64,000 bases of DNA from a virus. Where the stretch lies: positions 5,909-69,908 of the IMG/VR virus record IMGVR_UViG_3300009431_000014. One strand, given 5' to 3'. The translations under genes and the position numbers were made by a program. A model generated the notes under the pieces. That model searched no databases and had not been told where the DNA came from. It was given only the letters and a program-made list of their open reading frames with translations. Below, in pieces: positions 1-10,044 of the stretch; the first letter of the stretch is position 1; each line of letters begins with the position of its first letter.

Positions 1-719
1 AGACGCATAAGTTAACTAAAAGGAAGTGGGAAGAGAAGAATCCTCAGGATACTTCAGAGATCTTGGATTTCTACAAGGAGTCTCAAACATATATCTACGA
101 GTTGACAGCGAATGAGTGTGATGGTGGTAAGATGGATCAAATCTCTAACATGTTGGATTTAATCGGAAAGTACCAGCCTAAGCACCTCTTAGTCTACGGC
201 AGTGGTACAGGAAGTGAATCCATCCCAATAAAAGAGCAGTACCCTGAGATTAATGTGGAAGCAGCGGATGTTCCTAGTCTACATCATAAATTTGCTTGTT
301 TCCGAGCTCATGAAAGAGGACTTGCCATAACACCCAAGCTCGTTAAAGAGAACAGCTATGGTTCTGAGCTTGAGGGGGTCTACGATATGATTGTGTGCTT
401 CGATGTCCTTGAGCATGTAGCGGATCCAGAGGCTCTTGCTAGGAATCTAATGGGTCACTTGAAGGACAACGGAATATTACTGGCGGTCTTCATGTTCAAC
501 AAAGATTCAGGGTTTCTGCCTGAGAAGTTGAATACCCATCCTTTACATATTACGCATAATAAAGAAGGAGTTCTGTTGAAAGGAGCTCACTTCAAAGCTT
601 TCCTGAAGCATCTCGGATTCAAGTGTGAGTGGGCGAAGTACGGTTCTATGGGAATTAAGGTACTAAGGAAACCTCAATTCTATGAATTCGTGAGAGAGTA
701 TGAAGGGGTTGTTAAATAA
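1..719 (+). CDS. Class I SAM-dependent methyltransferase (5'-truncated by window edge)
   Basis: LVYGSGTG motif I and YDMIVCFDVLEHV motif; the frame is open back to the window start. Confidence 0.8.
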   Translation, partial: THKLTKRKWEEKNPQDTSEILDFYKESQTYIYELTANECDGGKMDQISNMLDLIGKYQPKHLLVYGSGTGSESIPIKEQYPEINVEAADVPSLHHKFACFRAHERGLAITPKLVKENSYGSELEGVYDMIVCFDVLEHVADPEALARNLMGHLKDNGILLAVFMFNKDSGFLPEKLNTHPLHITHNKEGVLLKGAHFKAFLKHLGFKCEWAKYGSMGIKVLRKPQFYEFVREYEGVVK

Positions 720-1627
720 TGATTGATCTAGCACTTTATACAGATGTCTTGCAGGAGCGAGGAGAGCAACGGATCTGTTGTCCTTTCTGTCCAGAGGAAG
801 ATACAGGGTATCATCTTTATGCGAATCCAAGTAAGGGTGTCTTCCATTGTTTTCGTTGTGAGGCTAAAGGTTCAATCAAAAGTCTCCTCAAGAAACTAGA
901 GATCGAACCGATTCAGCAGATCAAGAAGCCTGCTTATGACAAGTTCCGAGAGTTGTTCAAGCAACAAGATGCTGAGCACATCAAGATTCAAGATTTCCAT
1001 CCTCTTCTAGGATCCACTGATATTTTTGGGAAGCTCTGTCTCAGTTACCTAGAGAAGCGTGGTATTCCTTTGGAAGATATCCATTACCACCGTCTCCATT
1101 ATACAGATGCAGGTAAATACAAGTATCGTGTTGTTCTACCGTGTTTTGAGAATGGAGAGTTCGTCTATTTCACAGCTCGTACAATCATTGAAGGGGATCC
1201 AAATACGAAAAGGTATCTGAATCCTCCGAAGAAGTATACGAAGCTCAGTCGAGCACAAGTTATTTTCAATATCGATAGTATCCATGAGAATGAACCTTGT
1301 ATTATTATGGAGGGGATTTTGAATGCAATCGTTTGTGGTAGGAAAGCTGTCGCTTTGCTTGGGAAGTATGCGAATCAAGAACAATACCATAAATTATTGA
1401 ATAAGAACTGTAGCGAATACGTAATCGCTCTGGACAAAGATGCTTCTATAGAAGCTTATAAATTAGCATCTACTCTACATTCTGCTGGTAAGACAGTGCG
1501 GATCACAGAGTTCCCAGATAACCAAGATGCTGTTGAACTAGGTCGGAAGAAGACGCTTGAATTGATTGAGAAGAGTGCTCAGTACGATATGAAAGCACAC
1601 CTTAAGAGCAAGATTACGTTAAGTTAG
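719..1627 (+). CDS. DNA primase (CHC2-type Zn finger + TOPRIM)
   Basis: CPFC..H..FHCFRC Zn finger, YLEKRGI, RYLNPP, IMEG, IALDKD, QDAVE. Confidence 0.88.
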   Translation: MIDLALYTDVLQERGEQRICCPFCPEEDTGYHLYANPSKGVFHCFRCEAKGSIKSLLKKLEIEPIQQIKKPAYDKFRELFKQQDAEHIKIQDFHPLLGSTDIFGKLCLSYLEKRGIPLEDIHYHRLHYTDAGKYKYRVVLPCFENGEFVYFTARTIIEGDPNTKRYLNPPKKYTKLSRAQVIFNIDSIHENEPCIIMEGILNAIVCGRKAVALLGKYANQEQYHKLLNKNCSEYVIALDKDASIEAYKLASTLHSAGKTVRITEFPDNQDAVELGRKKTLELIEKSAQYDMKAHLKSKITLS

Positions 1628-1631
1628 TTGA
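1617..1631 (+). promoter_or_regulatory. Phage-specific promoter-like motif CGTTAAGTTAGTTGA
   Basis: Copy of the recurrent CGTTHAGTWRGTTGR motif, directly before RBS GAGGAGG and ATG 1643. Confidence 0.65.
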
Positions 1632-1642
1632 GGAGGAACGCT

Positions 1643-2350
1643 ATGAGTTGGAACGGATATTTAATATTGTTGGGCTTATTTATTTCAGCATCGTTCATTA
1701 TTTGGTTGATCTGGAAGTTGTTTCAATGGTCAATGCTCGAGAGGGATTATAATCCTTTTAATCTTCCTCGGTTAATAATATTAGCTGTCATCTTCACTGG
1801 GTTCGCATTAGTCCATCTCTTTGCTAACCATCCACAGGATCCACACTCCGTGGTTGATCAGAAGGTTAAGGCTGAGACCTGTATAAGGAAGGAAGCTCTC
1901 ATGGAGGCTTTGATGCCCCACTACGACGATATCTTGAGGACACAATTGGGGTTCTTACATCTCGGGAAAGTCACGTATCTCTCGGATTTAATTGAGACTG
2001 GAGAAGTAGAACAATACCGTTTAAAGTATTGTCCAAAGGTACTTCCTTTATTAAGTGCGGAAGATCAAGAGATCCTTCGTCAGAAACTCTTAGTGAAGGC
2101 ACAGGCAGTGAGTCAAAAACAGTCTGAAGATCAAAAGGCTATCAGGAAGACGAACTTAATAATTCTTCTAGTCATTCTATCCATTTGTTTGATCACGCTT
2201 ATCCCGAAGTTAGGTTTGGCTGGAAGTCTAGTTATATTTCCGATACAATGTCTTGCTAGCATCTTTGTAGTGTTCTTCGCTTTGGCAACGATGGCAACTG
2301 TCTCAGAAGTCGGAAGTAGACTACTAAGTGGAAATCGAGGTGATCGATGA
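1643..2350 (+). CDS. Hypothetical multi-pass membrane protein
   Basis: About four hydrophobic segments; RBS before ATG 1643. Confidence 0.65.
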   Translation: MSWNGYLILLGLFISASFIIWLIWKLFQWSMLERDYNPFNLPRLIILAVIFTGFALVHLFANHPQDPHSVVDQKVKAETCIRKEALMEALMPHYDDILRTQLGFLHLGKVTYLSDLIETGEVEQYRLKYCPKVLPLLSAEDQEILRQKLLVKAQAVSQKQSEDQKAIRKTNLIILLVILSICLITLIPKLGLAGSLVIFPIQCLASIFVVFFALATMATVSEVGSRLLSGNRGDR

Positions 2351-2616
2351 AGCGGAGATTCTGTGAGTGTGGTTGTGGGAAGTCACCTAATCCAGGAATG
2401 AGGTTCCTGAATGGTCATAATCGGAGAGGTATCCCGCATACAGCAGTTGCGAATGAGAAGAATCGTTTGGCACACTTGGGGAAGAAGCATCAAGAAGGCT
2501 GCTTGTGTAGTGTTTGTAAATTAACTCGAGGAGAGGTCGCTTGGGAAGATCATCCACGTTCTGGGAAGCGACATACCAGATTTGGACAGAGGAGGAGTTA
2601 TTTGCATGAAAGATAA
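2347..2616 (+). pseudogene. Homing-endonuclease-type DNA-binding N-terminus (CECGCG/NUMOD3-like) with no nuclease domain
   Basis: CECGCG..FLNGHNRRG and AHLGKKH motifs are typical of phage HNH/NUMOD3 proteins; ORF ends at 89 aa. Confidence 0.45.
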
Positions 2617-3340
2617 TGACAAAGTAGGACAGATAGGTTTCAGAACAATGGACATTATTCAGAGCTACAGTCTCTATGCTGTACCTCACTACCTAAGGAA
2701 GTTCTACCCACTCCAGATTGTGAAGCCTGGAGATGTAGTTGTAGATGCAGCTTGTGGGTATGGTGAATTGGGACAGGTTCTCTATGTGAATCGTAGTGGT
2801 CTCAAACACTATTATGGCTTCGATGTAGATCCGAAGAAGATCGAGAGTGCGAAGCAGCATGTTAAGAAAGAACACTTCCAATATGTAACCCGTGATCTGA
2901 GAGATCCTTTACCGATAGAATACAATTCTGTAGATGTTTTTATCAGCGAAGAATTCATCGAGCACGTCAATAAAGAAGATGCTGAGAAGTTCTTGGGAGA
3001 GGTTTACCGTGTATTGAAGCCAGGAGGTACCTTTCTGTTGAGTACTCCTAGACAATACGAAGGTATCACAGAACGGTTAGATATCGGGCATCTTTATGAA
3101 TGGGGATACGAAGAGCTCATGTGTAAACTTGTGACCATGGGGTTCCACGTTCTAGAAGCTTACGGTTTAGGATTCTACGAGAGAATCAACACGTTGCCCG
3201 ACGAGTTATTCAAGGAAGATAAACTTTATCAAGCGATGCGGAAGTTCTTACCGAATCAGTTCACCAAGACTCTAGCAGCCTTGATTCACCCAGAGAAAGC
3301 GAACACGTTATATCTCAAGTTAGCAAAGGAGGAAGTATGA
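2606..3340 (+). CDS. Class I SAM-dependent methyltransferase
   Basis: VVDAACGYG, YGFDVD, EFIEHV, RVLKPGGTFLLSTP. Confidence 0.88.
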   Translation: MKDNDKVGQIGFRTMDIIQSYSLYAVPHYLRKFYPLQIVKPGDVVVDAACGYGELGQVLYVNRSGLKHYYGFDVDPKKIESAKQHVKKEHFQYVTRDLRDPLPIEYNSVDVFISEEFIEHVNKEDAEKFLGEVYRVLKPGGTFLLSTPRQYEGITERLDIGHLYEWGYEELMCKLVTMGFHVLEAYGLGFYERINTLPDELFKEDKLYQAMRKFLPNQFTKTLAALIHPEKANTLYLKLAKEEV

Positions 3341-3609
3341 GTCGGATTCAATTAGGAGATCAGGTAAAAGACACTGTCACAGGTTTCAAAGGAGTTGCAG
3401 TCTCGAAGACAGAATTCCTTCACGGTTGTTATAGGATCGGTGTACAGCCGAAGATGATGAAGGATGGGAAGTTGGAAGAAGCAAAGGTGTTCGATGAACC
3501 TCAGTTGGAGCTTGTGAAACCTAAGAAAGTTCCCAAAGGTACCAAGAAGAATGGAGGTCCTGCTCCTTATGCTATTAAGCAGAGAAGTGTGCCTATCCGA
3601 AGGAGGTAA
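3337..3609 (+). CDS. Hypothetical phage protein (SH3-like)
   Basis: LGDQVKDTVTGFKGV..GC..FDE pattern common in phage proteins; good RBS. Confidence 0.6.
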   Translation: MSRIQLGDQVKDTVTGFKGVAVSKTEFLHGCYRIGVQPKMMKDGKLEEAKVFDEPQLELVKPKKVPKGTKKNGGPAPYAIKQRSVPIRRR

Positions 3610-3612
3610 TGA

Positions 3613-4620
3613 ATGAAAGTAGCTCTAGTAGACCTGAATTTCTTCGAGATCACTGGTGAGTCTCCGTATTTGATACATATGCAACAAGGTCTCAAACAGC
3701 TGGGTATCGAGTCTGAGATCTTAATTCCCAGTGCAAGTGGTAGGAGACAGTATTGTAAATGGAAAGATGTCCTTCGGATGAAGGATACGAATCTTATCAG
3801 TTACCTCAAGAATCGTGGTTACGATCGGATTCATTTCAATAATGGGAGAGTCAAGGAGAAAGACTATGAACTTCTTGATGGATTGTCAGAATTAAAGGTA
3901 CCGAAGACTCTCCAAGTTCATGGTGTGAGTCAAGCGAAGACTTATAATATGGAGACTCTTCTAGAGAAGGTCAAGCCTTCTGCGATCTTTAATGTAGATC
4001 CCGTAGGAGTCAATCAGTATAAAAAGTATAATAAGAACACTCATTGGGTAGAGCTCCCATTCTGTCAGGAGATTATGCCTCTAGGGAAGAGAGTTCCGAC
4101 AACCAAGAGAATCGTAGTCCCTGCGAGGTTCACTTTCGCTAAGTATCCTGGAGAAGTCCTGGAAGTCTTCAAGGGACTCTCTAAGCTCGGGTTCACAATC
4201 GATTATTACGGTTACTCAGGCTTCGTTGCGAATGCTCAAGGTTGTCGAGAAGAATTCGAGTACCTCCAAGGTACAGGGAAAGTGAGACTGAATCCAGACT
4301 TCCATCATCCAGATAAATTCAATGTCTATAACGGAGCAATGTTTGCGATGGATGGTACTCGGATTAAAGATATGGGTAAGGACAGAATCCAGTATGCAAC
4401 GTTAGAAGCAATGTTCTATGGGATTATTCCTGTTACTCACCCAATATGGCATCATAAATATATGAAGGGGCTTCCTTTTGACCTAGAGTTATTGAAACTC
4501 TACGTGGATAATAAAGAAGCTCGGAACCAGATTAAGGTGGCGAACTATAGCCATCTCGAACATTATCGAGCAGAGAAGGTGTGCAATGTCTTTAAAATTA
4601 TTTGGGAAGGAATACAATAA
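3613..4620 (+). CDS. GT-B fold glycosyltransferase-like protein
   Basis: MKVALV start, ARF..AK, YATLEAMFYGIIPV (GT4/GT-B C-terminal motif). Confidence 0.7.
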   Translation: MKVALVDLNFFEITGESPYLIHMQQGLKQLGIESEILIPSASGRRQYCKWKDVLRMKDTNLISYLKNRGYDRIHFNNGRVKEKDYELLDGLSELKVPKTLQVHGVSQAKTYNMETLLEKVKPSAIFNVDPVGVNQYKKYNKNTHWVELPFCQEIMPLGKRVPTTKRIVVPARFTFAKYPGEVLEVFKGLSKLGFTIDYYGYSGFVANAQGCREEFEYLQGTGKVRLNPDFHHPDKFNVYNGAMFAMDGTRIKDMGKDRIQYATLEAMFYGIIPVTHPIWHHKYMKGLPFDLELLKLYVDNKEARNQIKVANYSHLEHYRAEKVCNVFKIIWEGIQ

Positions 4621-5272
4621 AGTATTGTTGGTTGAACCACATGCGGACGATGTAATTTTAAGTATGGGAGCAACTCTGTTGAACAGTCTAGATACTCCAG
4701 AAGTGGATATCTTGACAGTAACGAAACCGAGTACGTATAATGCTGAGAGCTCCAAGCAATTAGAAGAGCTTCTGGATATTAATAGTGTCGAGTGTCTCGG
4801 TTGGGAAGATATGACTTGGAGGAAGGTTGAGATTAAGAAGATTATTGAAGAGTACGGAGAGTACAATTATAACCAAGTATTCAAGCATTATAATCCTGAC
4901 AGAGAGCCTCAAGAATTGGTAGATAAAGTGAACTCGTATGAAGCTGATTTGTTGATGATACCTCTAGGGATTAAGCATCCTATGCACATCATGGTTACTC
5001 GTCTCTTAGATCCTTTGGAGACTGAGACAATCTTCTATGCAGAACAACCTTATTATGAACAGAAACGAGTTCAACAGCAATTAGCTGCACAGGGTATCGC
5101 TCGTCACCTAGTCGCTGAGAAGGTTTATCCGAAGATACTTTTAGAGGAGAAGTTAGACATCTTCAAGAAAGTTTATCCTAGTCAGTGGTTCTTTATCTCT
5201 TCTTTGAAAGCAGTAGATACTGAGCATTTTTACAGTCGTGCGGGAGGTAGTGATGAGTCCTACGGAGTTTAA
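4586..5272 (+). CDS. PIG-L/LmbE family N-deacetylase
   Basis: EPHADD and HPMH metal-binding motifs, FYAEQPY. Confidence 0.8.
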   Translation: MSLKLFGKEYNKVLLVEPHADDVILSMGATLLNSLDTPEVDILTVTKPSTYNAESSKQLEELLDINSVECLGWEDMTWRKVEIKKIIEEYGEYNYNQVFKHYNPDREPQELVDKVNSYEADLLMIPLGIKHPMHIMVTRLLDPLETETIFYAEQPYYEQKRVQQQLAAQGIARHLVAEKVYPKILLEEKLDIFKKVYPSQWFFISSLKAVDTEHFYSRAGGSDESYGV

Positions 5273-5314
5273 TGGAACAGTAGGTTATGTCATCGCCCAA
5301 CTACCTCCTGCACG
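5237..5314 (+). other. Long imperfect stem-loop overlapping the deacetylase stop
   Basis: CGTGCGGGAGGTAG/CTACCTCCTGCACG outer stem with inner GTGATGA/TCATCGC and CCTAC/GTAGG. Confidence 0.55.
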
Positions 5315-5339
5315 CTCAATTACATAGTTGAACCGATTC

Positions 5340-5354
5340 CGTTTAGTTGGTTGA
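5340..5354 (+). promoter_or_regulatory. Phage promoter-like motif CGTTTAGTTGGTTGA
   Basis: Intergenic, upstream of the ligase RBS. Confidence 0.7.
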
Positions 5355-5375
5355 AGGGTAACAAAAGGAGGAGTT

Positions 5376-6608
5376 GTGCAAGAAGCGAATCAGTTATTCG
5401 CAGTACTCGAAAAAATCAAATCTGCTTCTGGCAGGAATCAAAAGTTAGCACTCTTAGAGTTATTGAAGGAGAATGATTTTGCGAAGTTTTATTTCACCAC
5501 AGTTTTCAATCCTTATCTTACCTATGGAGTAGTTCCTAGAGGAGAGCAGGCTCCCTCGGAGGAACCTCCTCCAGACCCTTTAGCCCTTAGATGGCTTAGA
5601 ATGACTTTGAATAGAAGAGAAGTTACAGGACAGAAGGCACTAGCCTTCCTAGAAGGTACTTATTGCACGAATAGTACTGTGTGGAATTATTGGATCCGTC
5701 TGATGTGGGAACGGAATCTCCGCATTGGTATCTCAATCAGTTCCATCAATAAGGTATTCTCTGGATTGATCCCGCAATTCGAACTTCAGCTTTGTAGTGC
5801 GATAACAGATCAGCAACTTGAAGACGATTGGATCATTGAACCGAAGTTCGACGGTCTTAGATGTCTATTCATGACTGACTCGGCAGGAGAGTGTAACGTA
5901 GGACTCTCCAGAAACGGTAAAGAGTTATTTAATATTGATCATATTAAGAAAGAAATAACTTCCTTAAACTTGCCGAATGTCGTATTCGATGGAGAACTGT
6001 ATGGCGAAGATTGGAATATCACTGCGTCTGTAGTTCGAGCTTCAGTTACCGAGAAGAATGATGAACGAATTAAGTTCTATTGGTTCGATTTGATTCCTAA
6101 AGAGGAGTGGGATGCTCAAAAAGGAGAGAGTCTTTTAACTATAAGGAAGCTTCGGATGAAGTCAGCTCTCAAGCTCGAGCCGAAACATCTGGTGCTGGTT
6201 GATTATCAAGAAGTCAAGGATGTCGCACAGGCTTGGCAGTTGGCTGAGAGTCTGAAGAAACAAGGTTATGAAGGTGCAGTAGCTAAGAAGCTCGATGGAA
6301 TTTATGAATTCGGCAGAAGTTCTAATTGGTTGAAACTCAAGTTCGTAGAAACGCTAGATTTGCCTGTAGTTGGGTTTTATTTAGGTACGGGCAAGAACGC
6401 TGAGCGTCTTGGCGGTTTGATCGTAGAGACGGAAACTGGAGTCAAGGTTCAGGTCGGTGGAGGTTATTCAGATCAGCAACGTGATGAGTTTTGGGAGAAG
6501 AGAGAATCTTTTATTGGGAAGATTATTGAGGTTAAATGCCAAGAGAAAACAAAAGATGGCAGTTTAAGATTCCCTGTGTTTTTAAGAGTTAGGGAGGATA
6601 AATGTTAG
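5376..6608 (+). CDS. ATP-dependent DNA ligase
   Basis: EPKFDG (KxDG), FDGEL, YEGAVAK, WLKLK, SLRFPVFLRVREDK. Confidence 0.95.
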   Translation: MQEANQLFAVLEKIKSASGRNQKLALLELLKENDFAKFYFTTVFNPYLTYGVVPRGEQAPSEEPPPDPLALRWLRMTLNRREVTGQKALAFLEGTYCTNSTVWNYWIRLMWERNLRIGISISSINKVFSGLIPQFELQLCSAITDQQLEDDWIIEPKFDGLRCLFMTDSAGECNVGLSRNGKELFNIDHIKKEITSLNLPNVVFDGELYGEDWNITASVVRASVTEKNDERIKFYWFDLIPKEEWDAQKGESLLTIRKLRMKSALKLEPKHLVLVDYQEVKDVAQAWQLAESLKKQGYEGAVAKKLDGIYEFGRSSNWLKLKFVETLDLPVVGFYLGTGKNAERLGGLIVETETGVKVQVGGGYSDQQRDEFWEKRESFIGKIIEVKCQEKTKDGSLRFPVFLRVREDKC

Positions 6609-7654
6609 TTTTTGATCAAGTACTCAGGAATGTTGAGAGAAATGTCCTTGGAGTATACGATAACCCCGACTATGTTCAGACTATGAAGAGTTCTCATATT
6701 TTTCAATTACCTGCGGACACTGAAGAGTTGATTAATCATTATGGCGAATCTCTCTTTGAAGATTTCATCAGGGATCAGAAGATGTTACTTCCTTTTAAGA
6801 ACCTCTGGTTGGAGTACTCGGGTATCCAAGTTCAAATGCATGGTTCTGACGAAGTTCTGGATAAGCGGGTTGGGATCCACCTCTACAGCTTCGATGATCG
6901 CATTCTAGATTCTCCTTTATACGGAATCCATATCTATAATTCTAGCATAGACGATCGAGAACATCTTCCAGTGTATTCGGGATTCTTCCATTTTATGTTC
7001 CCAGAAGGAGTCCACAAAAATCGCATGCCTGCAGTCAGTGTGAATGTGGGTGTAATGGAACAAGGGATGTGTGAAGAAGCCAAATCAACAGGAACTCCTT
7101 TCTATAACCCGAACCTTGCTCCAGAGATCACAGACTATTTTAACCGTTGGATCCCTCAGAGGTTCCGACTTAAGATGAATCATTTTAAGTTCGAGAAGAG
7201 TTTCTGTTCTCATAAGAAGGAGTCTTGTGGAAGTATGTGTCAAGAGGCAAAAGCAGTAGTTACTTCAGCAATCTCTATGGCAGTCTCTACTATCGCATAT
7301 ATTAATCTTCCGATGCACTACATTCTCAAGAGAACTAGTCAGAAACAAAGTAATCTCCAAAAGAGAGGGAAGAAAGTCCGAGGGATACACGGTCAAGATC
7401 GTGTTCATTATGTGTTGATTGATCATGATAAATTAAAAACTAAATATGAACAATCGAAAGAAGTAGAGTCAGACACAGTCTATCGAGAGTCTCTTGGACA
7501 TGAAAGAAGAGCTCATAAGAGAGTCTGTTTAGGGAGGCACGGTAAGAATGGTGATTGGATTCCTTATAAGAAGATCAAACAATGGGTAAAAGCTTGCTGG
7601 GTAGGTTCCAAAGAGTTCACAGTTGGAGACACAATTTATGAGGTGGTGAGTTAA
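6602..7654 (+). CDS. Hypothetical phage protein
   Basis: 350-aa ORF with C-terminal HERRAH..WVKACWVG pattern. Confidence 0.6.
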   Translation: MLVFDQVLRNVERNVLGVYDNPDYVQTMKSSHIFQLPADTEELINHYGESLFEDFIRDQKMLLPFKNLWLEYSGIQVQMHGSDEVLDKRVGIHLYSFDDRILDSPLYGIHIYNSSIDDREHLPVYSGFFHFMFPEGVHKNRMPAVSVNVGVMEQGMCEEAKSTGTPFYNPNLAPEITDYFNRWIPQRFRLKMNHFKFEKSFCSHKKESCGSMCQEAKAVVTSAISMAVSTIAYINLPMHYILKRTSQKQSNLQKRGKKVRGIHGQDRVHYVLIDHDKLKTKYEQSKEVESDTVYRESLGHERRAHKRVCLGRHGKNGDWIPYKKIKQWVKACWVGSKEFTVGDTIYEVVS

Positions 7655-7656
7655 TC

Positions 7657-7818
7657 ATGGGATTCTTAAAGAATAATGTTAGTCGTAAGAAACACCAAAG
7701 TCCTGAGGCAAAGAGAAAGCGTCAGGAAGGTATACCACCGAGTCGTAAGAAGTCTAATCCAATTCGGAAAGATAAGGACGGTAAGATCATTCCACCAGAA
7801 GGAGAGAAACCATGTTAA
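7657..7818 (+). CDS. Small basic protein (53 aa, not in ORF track)
   Basis: MGFLKNNVSRKKHQSPEAKRKRQ..., fills the gap between neighbours. Confidence 0.5.
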   Translation: MGFLKNNVSRKKHQSPEAKRKRQEGIPPSRKKSNPIRKDKDGKIIPPEGEKPC

Positions 7819-8369
7819 CTCGCAGTAGTTATCTAGTACAACGTCTCAAGAAACCTTTCGAAGGTGAGCCAGAGAATCTCCTACAACAGATCGTAGCAAA
7901 TGGGTTAGCAGCTACAGGGTTAACTCCTGAGTCCCGAGAAGTCTTAAATAAAGTTTGTAGGTTTGATTACATGGGATCTTCCGAGTATGAATTCGGTGCT
8001 ATCCCGAGAATTCTCGCTGAGATGTCGAAGAAGCAACTTATCGCTACTCGAGTGACTGTTCCTTATTATTTTAAGAGTTGGAGGAGGGATTCTGTCGTCC
8101 AAGAAGGTCACAGAGATATTGCAGTGATCTGTTGTGCAGAGGACCTCCAAGAGGTTACGAACAGGATTCTCAAGATGGCGGTAGGCGATCCTTCTATGAG
8201 GTGTAAAGAGCGTCACGAGGTAGACGAATCTTTAGCTGAGCAGGAGTATTCTAAAGATGTCTACGGTTGGTTAGAGTTAGATAACGGTTATATGTTCTTT
8301 AAAGATAAATTAATGTTCGAACACTTTTGTGCTCTATTCGGGATTAAAGAGGCTCAGCCTCAAGATTAA
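7812..8369 (+). CDS. Hypothetical phage protein
   Basis: FDYMGSSEYEFGAIP motif; RBS present. Confidence 0.6.
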   Translation: MLTRSSYLVQRLKKPFEGEPENLLQQIVANGLAATGLTPESREVLNKVCRFDYMGSSEYEFGAIPRILAEMSKKQLIATRVTVPYYFKSWRRDSVVQEGHRDIAVICCAEDLQEVTNRILKMAVGDPSMRCKERHEVDESLAEQEYSKDVYGWLELDNGYMFFKDKLMFEHFCALFGIKEAQPQD

Positions 8370-8380
8370 CATCTCCGTTC

Positions 8381-8395
8381 CGTTTAGTTGGTTGA
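8381..8395 (+). promoter_or_regulatory. Phage promoter-like motif CGTTTAGTTGGTTGA
   Basis: Identical to the copy at 5340 (identity extends to CCGTTTAGTTGGTTGAAGGG); intergenic. Confidence 0.7.
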
Positions 8396-8438
8396 AGGGA
8401 GAAAGTAAAATGGGTTCAATTCTAAAAGGAGGTGTTCT

Positions 8439-9401
8439 ATGGTAACATGGGATCGGATAGATTCTCTAGACAAAGTCAACCTTAGATCTAAGGTTGTCGA
8501 GTTCAATCAAGCTTTGGATTCTGATTGGATGATCAACGAGAATCGCCAGATCAAAGCTGTCACGCAGGTGGATGGTCAGTACCAAGAGTTTAATATCGAT
8601 TCGTTATTCAGTGGATTAGGTTCTTCTTGGAGAACGATCTTCGAGAAAGGCGGTACTGAAGACCTAGCGTTGTTGAAGAATTACATCAAGACTTATTACA
8701 AGTATCTTGGTGTAGAGCCTCGGATTTATTTGGACGTCTTGGAAGTAGATAAGAGTGTCCCGATAGTTCTTAGGAATCGAGTACTCGCAAGACCAGACGG
8801 TACAGTTGAAGAAGTCTTCAACGATATCTTACCGAAGTTCCCAGATGCAAGAGCACTTGTAGTTGGGCATGACGGTTCAGAGAAGAGAGCAGAGATCCAA
8901 CTGCTCTTCGGAGAAGATCAGTTACTTAAGGAAAGTCCTGAGAAGAATGATGTCGTGAACCACGGCATATTCCTCCAGATCGATTCAGGGGTCGATATCT
9001 CTTATGGGATCAATCGTCTTATCTGTACGAACGGATTGACTGCCAGAACGAATGTCTGGAATCGAGATCTCTCAAGAGGTATGCGTGATGAGAGCATCAA
9101 TGAGATCCAGAAACTTGTACATTGGTTCTCGCAGTTACCGAACAGGAGAGTTGGGCATGTCCGAGAACTCTCAATTCTGTTCGATCAATTCTCTCCGACG
9201 GTAATCAAAAGATACTGGAAGGAGTGGAGTGAGAAAGTGGAGTTGCAGAAGTTAACGTTTTTCGATGTTGTGAATGACGTAACGAGTCATGCGAATAACA
9301 CTCTCAGTTATACAAGGAGAGCATCGCTTGGAATCAGAAATAACTTCAAAAGGATTGAAGAGAGGTGTGAATGCCCCACATGTCGGGCAAAAATCTCTTA
9401 A
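8439..9401 (+). CDS. DUF932-like protein
   Basis: RLICTNGL motif; C-terminal CPTC. Confidence 0.55.
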   Translation: MVTWDRIDSLDKVNLRSKVVEFNQALDSDWMINENRQIKAVTQVDGQYQEFNIDSLFSGLGSSWRTIFEKGGTEDLALLKNYIKTYYKYLGVEPRIYLDVLEVDKSVPIVLRNRVLARPDGTVEEVFNDILPKFPDARALVVGHDGSEKRAEIQLLFGEDQLLKESPEKNDVVNHGIFLQIDSGVDISYGINRLICTNGLTARTNVWNRDLSRGMRDESINEIQKLVHWFSQLPNRRVGHVRELSILFDQFSPTVIKRYWKEWSEKVELQKLTFFDVVNDVTSHANNTLSYTRRASLGIRNNFKRIEERCECPTCRAKIS

Positions 9402-9416
9402 GGAGAATCGTATTGG

Positions 9417-9887
9417 ATGTTCAAGTATGGTTATATCTATGTTACTGTAGACCTTATGAATGATAGCCTCTATGTTGGACAACGTGCATCTTCTAGATTC
9501 AAGTCTAATTATCTCGGGAGTGGTAGATACATCGAACAGGCTGTCCAGAAACATAGTGAACTGAATTTCAAGGTTGTGTTCATTTGTTGGGCATCTAGTC
9601 AAATAGAATTAGATAAACTAGAGTGCTTTTATATCGCTGAAGTTCGGAGGATCTATGGAAGAAGAAGAAGGGTTTATAATGTTGCATCAGGTGGATCAGG
9701 AATCAGGTTCGATAAGTCGTCCATAGAAGATGCGGAGAATCAAGTGTTCGAGCAGGGTACTTTAGAAGAGTTAATAATGAACGCTAGGAAGGTTGGAACG
9801 AACTCTGTTTGTAATGTTTGTAAGAATGGTTGTAAGCAGTCTGATCGGACTTCCATTGTCCGTTGTCCGAATTTTGCACGATTTTAA
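9417..9887 (+). CDS. GIY-YIG (Seg-like) homing endonuclease
   Basis: YGYIY..YVGQR..YLGSG..E..YI..YNVASGG. Confidence 0.8.
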   Translation: MFKYGYIYVTVDLMNDSLYVGQRASSRFKSNYLGSGRYIEQAVQKHSELNFKVVFICWASSQIELDKLECFYIAEVRRIYGRRRRVYNVASGGSGIRFDKSSIEDAENQVFEQGTLEELIMNARKVGTNSVCNVCKNGCKQSDRTSIVRCPNFARF

Positions 9888-9935
9888 TCAAAATAAGGGC
9901 GTTTTCATGATTCATTTCGGCAATCATATGTAAAT

Positions 9936-9977
9936 AAGCCCCTAAGGAGCTCAGAAAGCTACCTCTAGGGGCTTTTT
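9936..9977 (+). terminator. Intrinsic terminator
   Basis: AAGCCCCTA...TAGGGGCTT stem with inner AGG-AGCT/AGCT-A-CCT, followed by a T run. Confidence 0.7.
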
Positions 9978-10044
9978 GCGATTTTTCTGTGTTAATGATT
10001 GGCTTCATTGAAAACAAAGGTCTTAGAACGGCTCTGAGGGGTTC

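Noticed and set aside
5250-5280. Hammerhead-like TGATGAGTCC
   Set aside because: It has GTGATGA rather than CTGATGA and lacks the GAAA core after stem II
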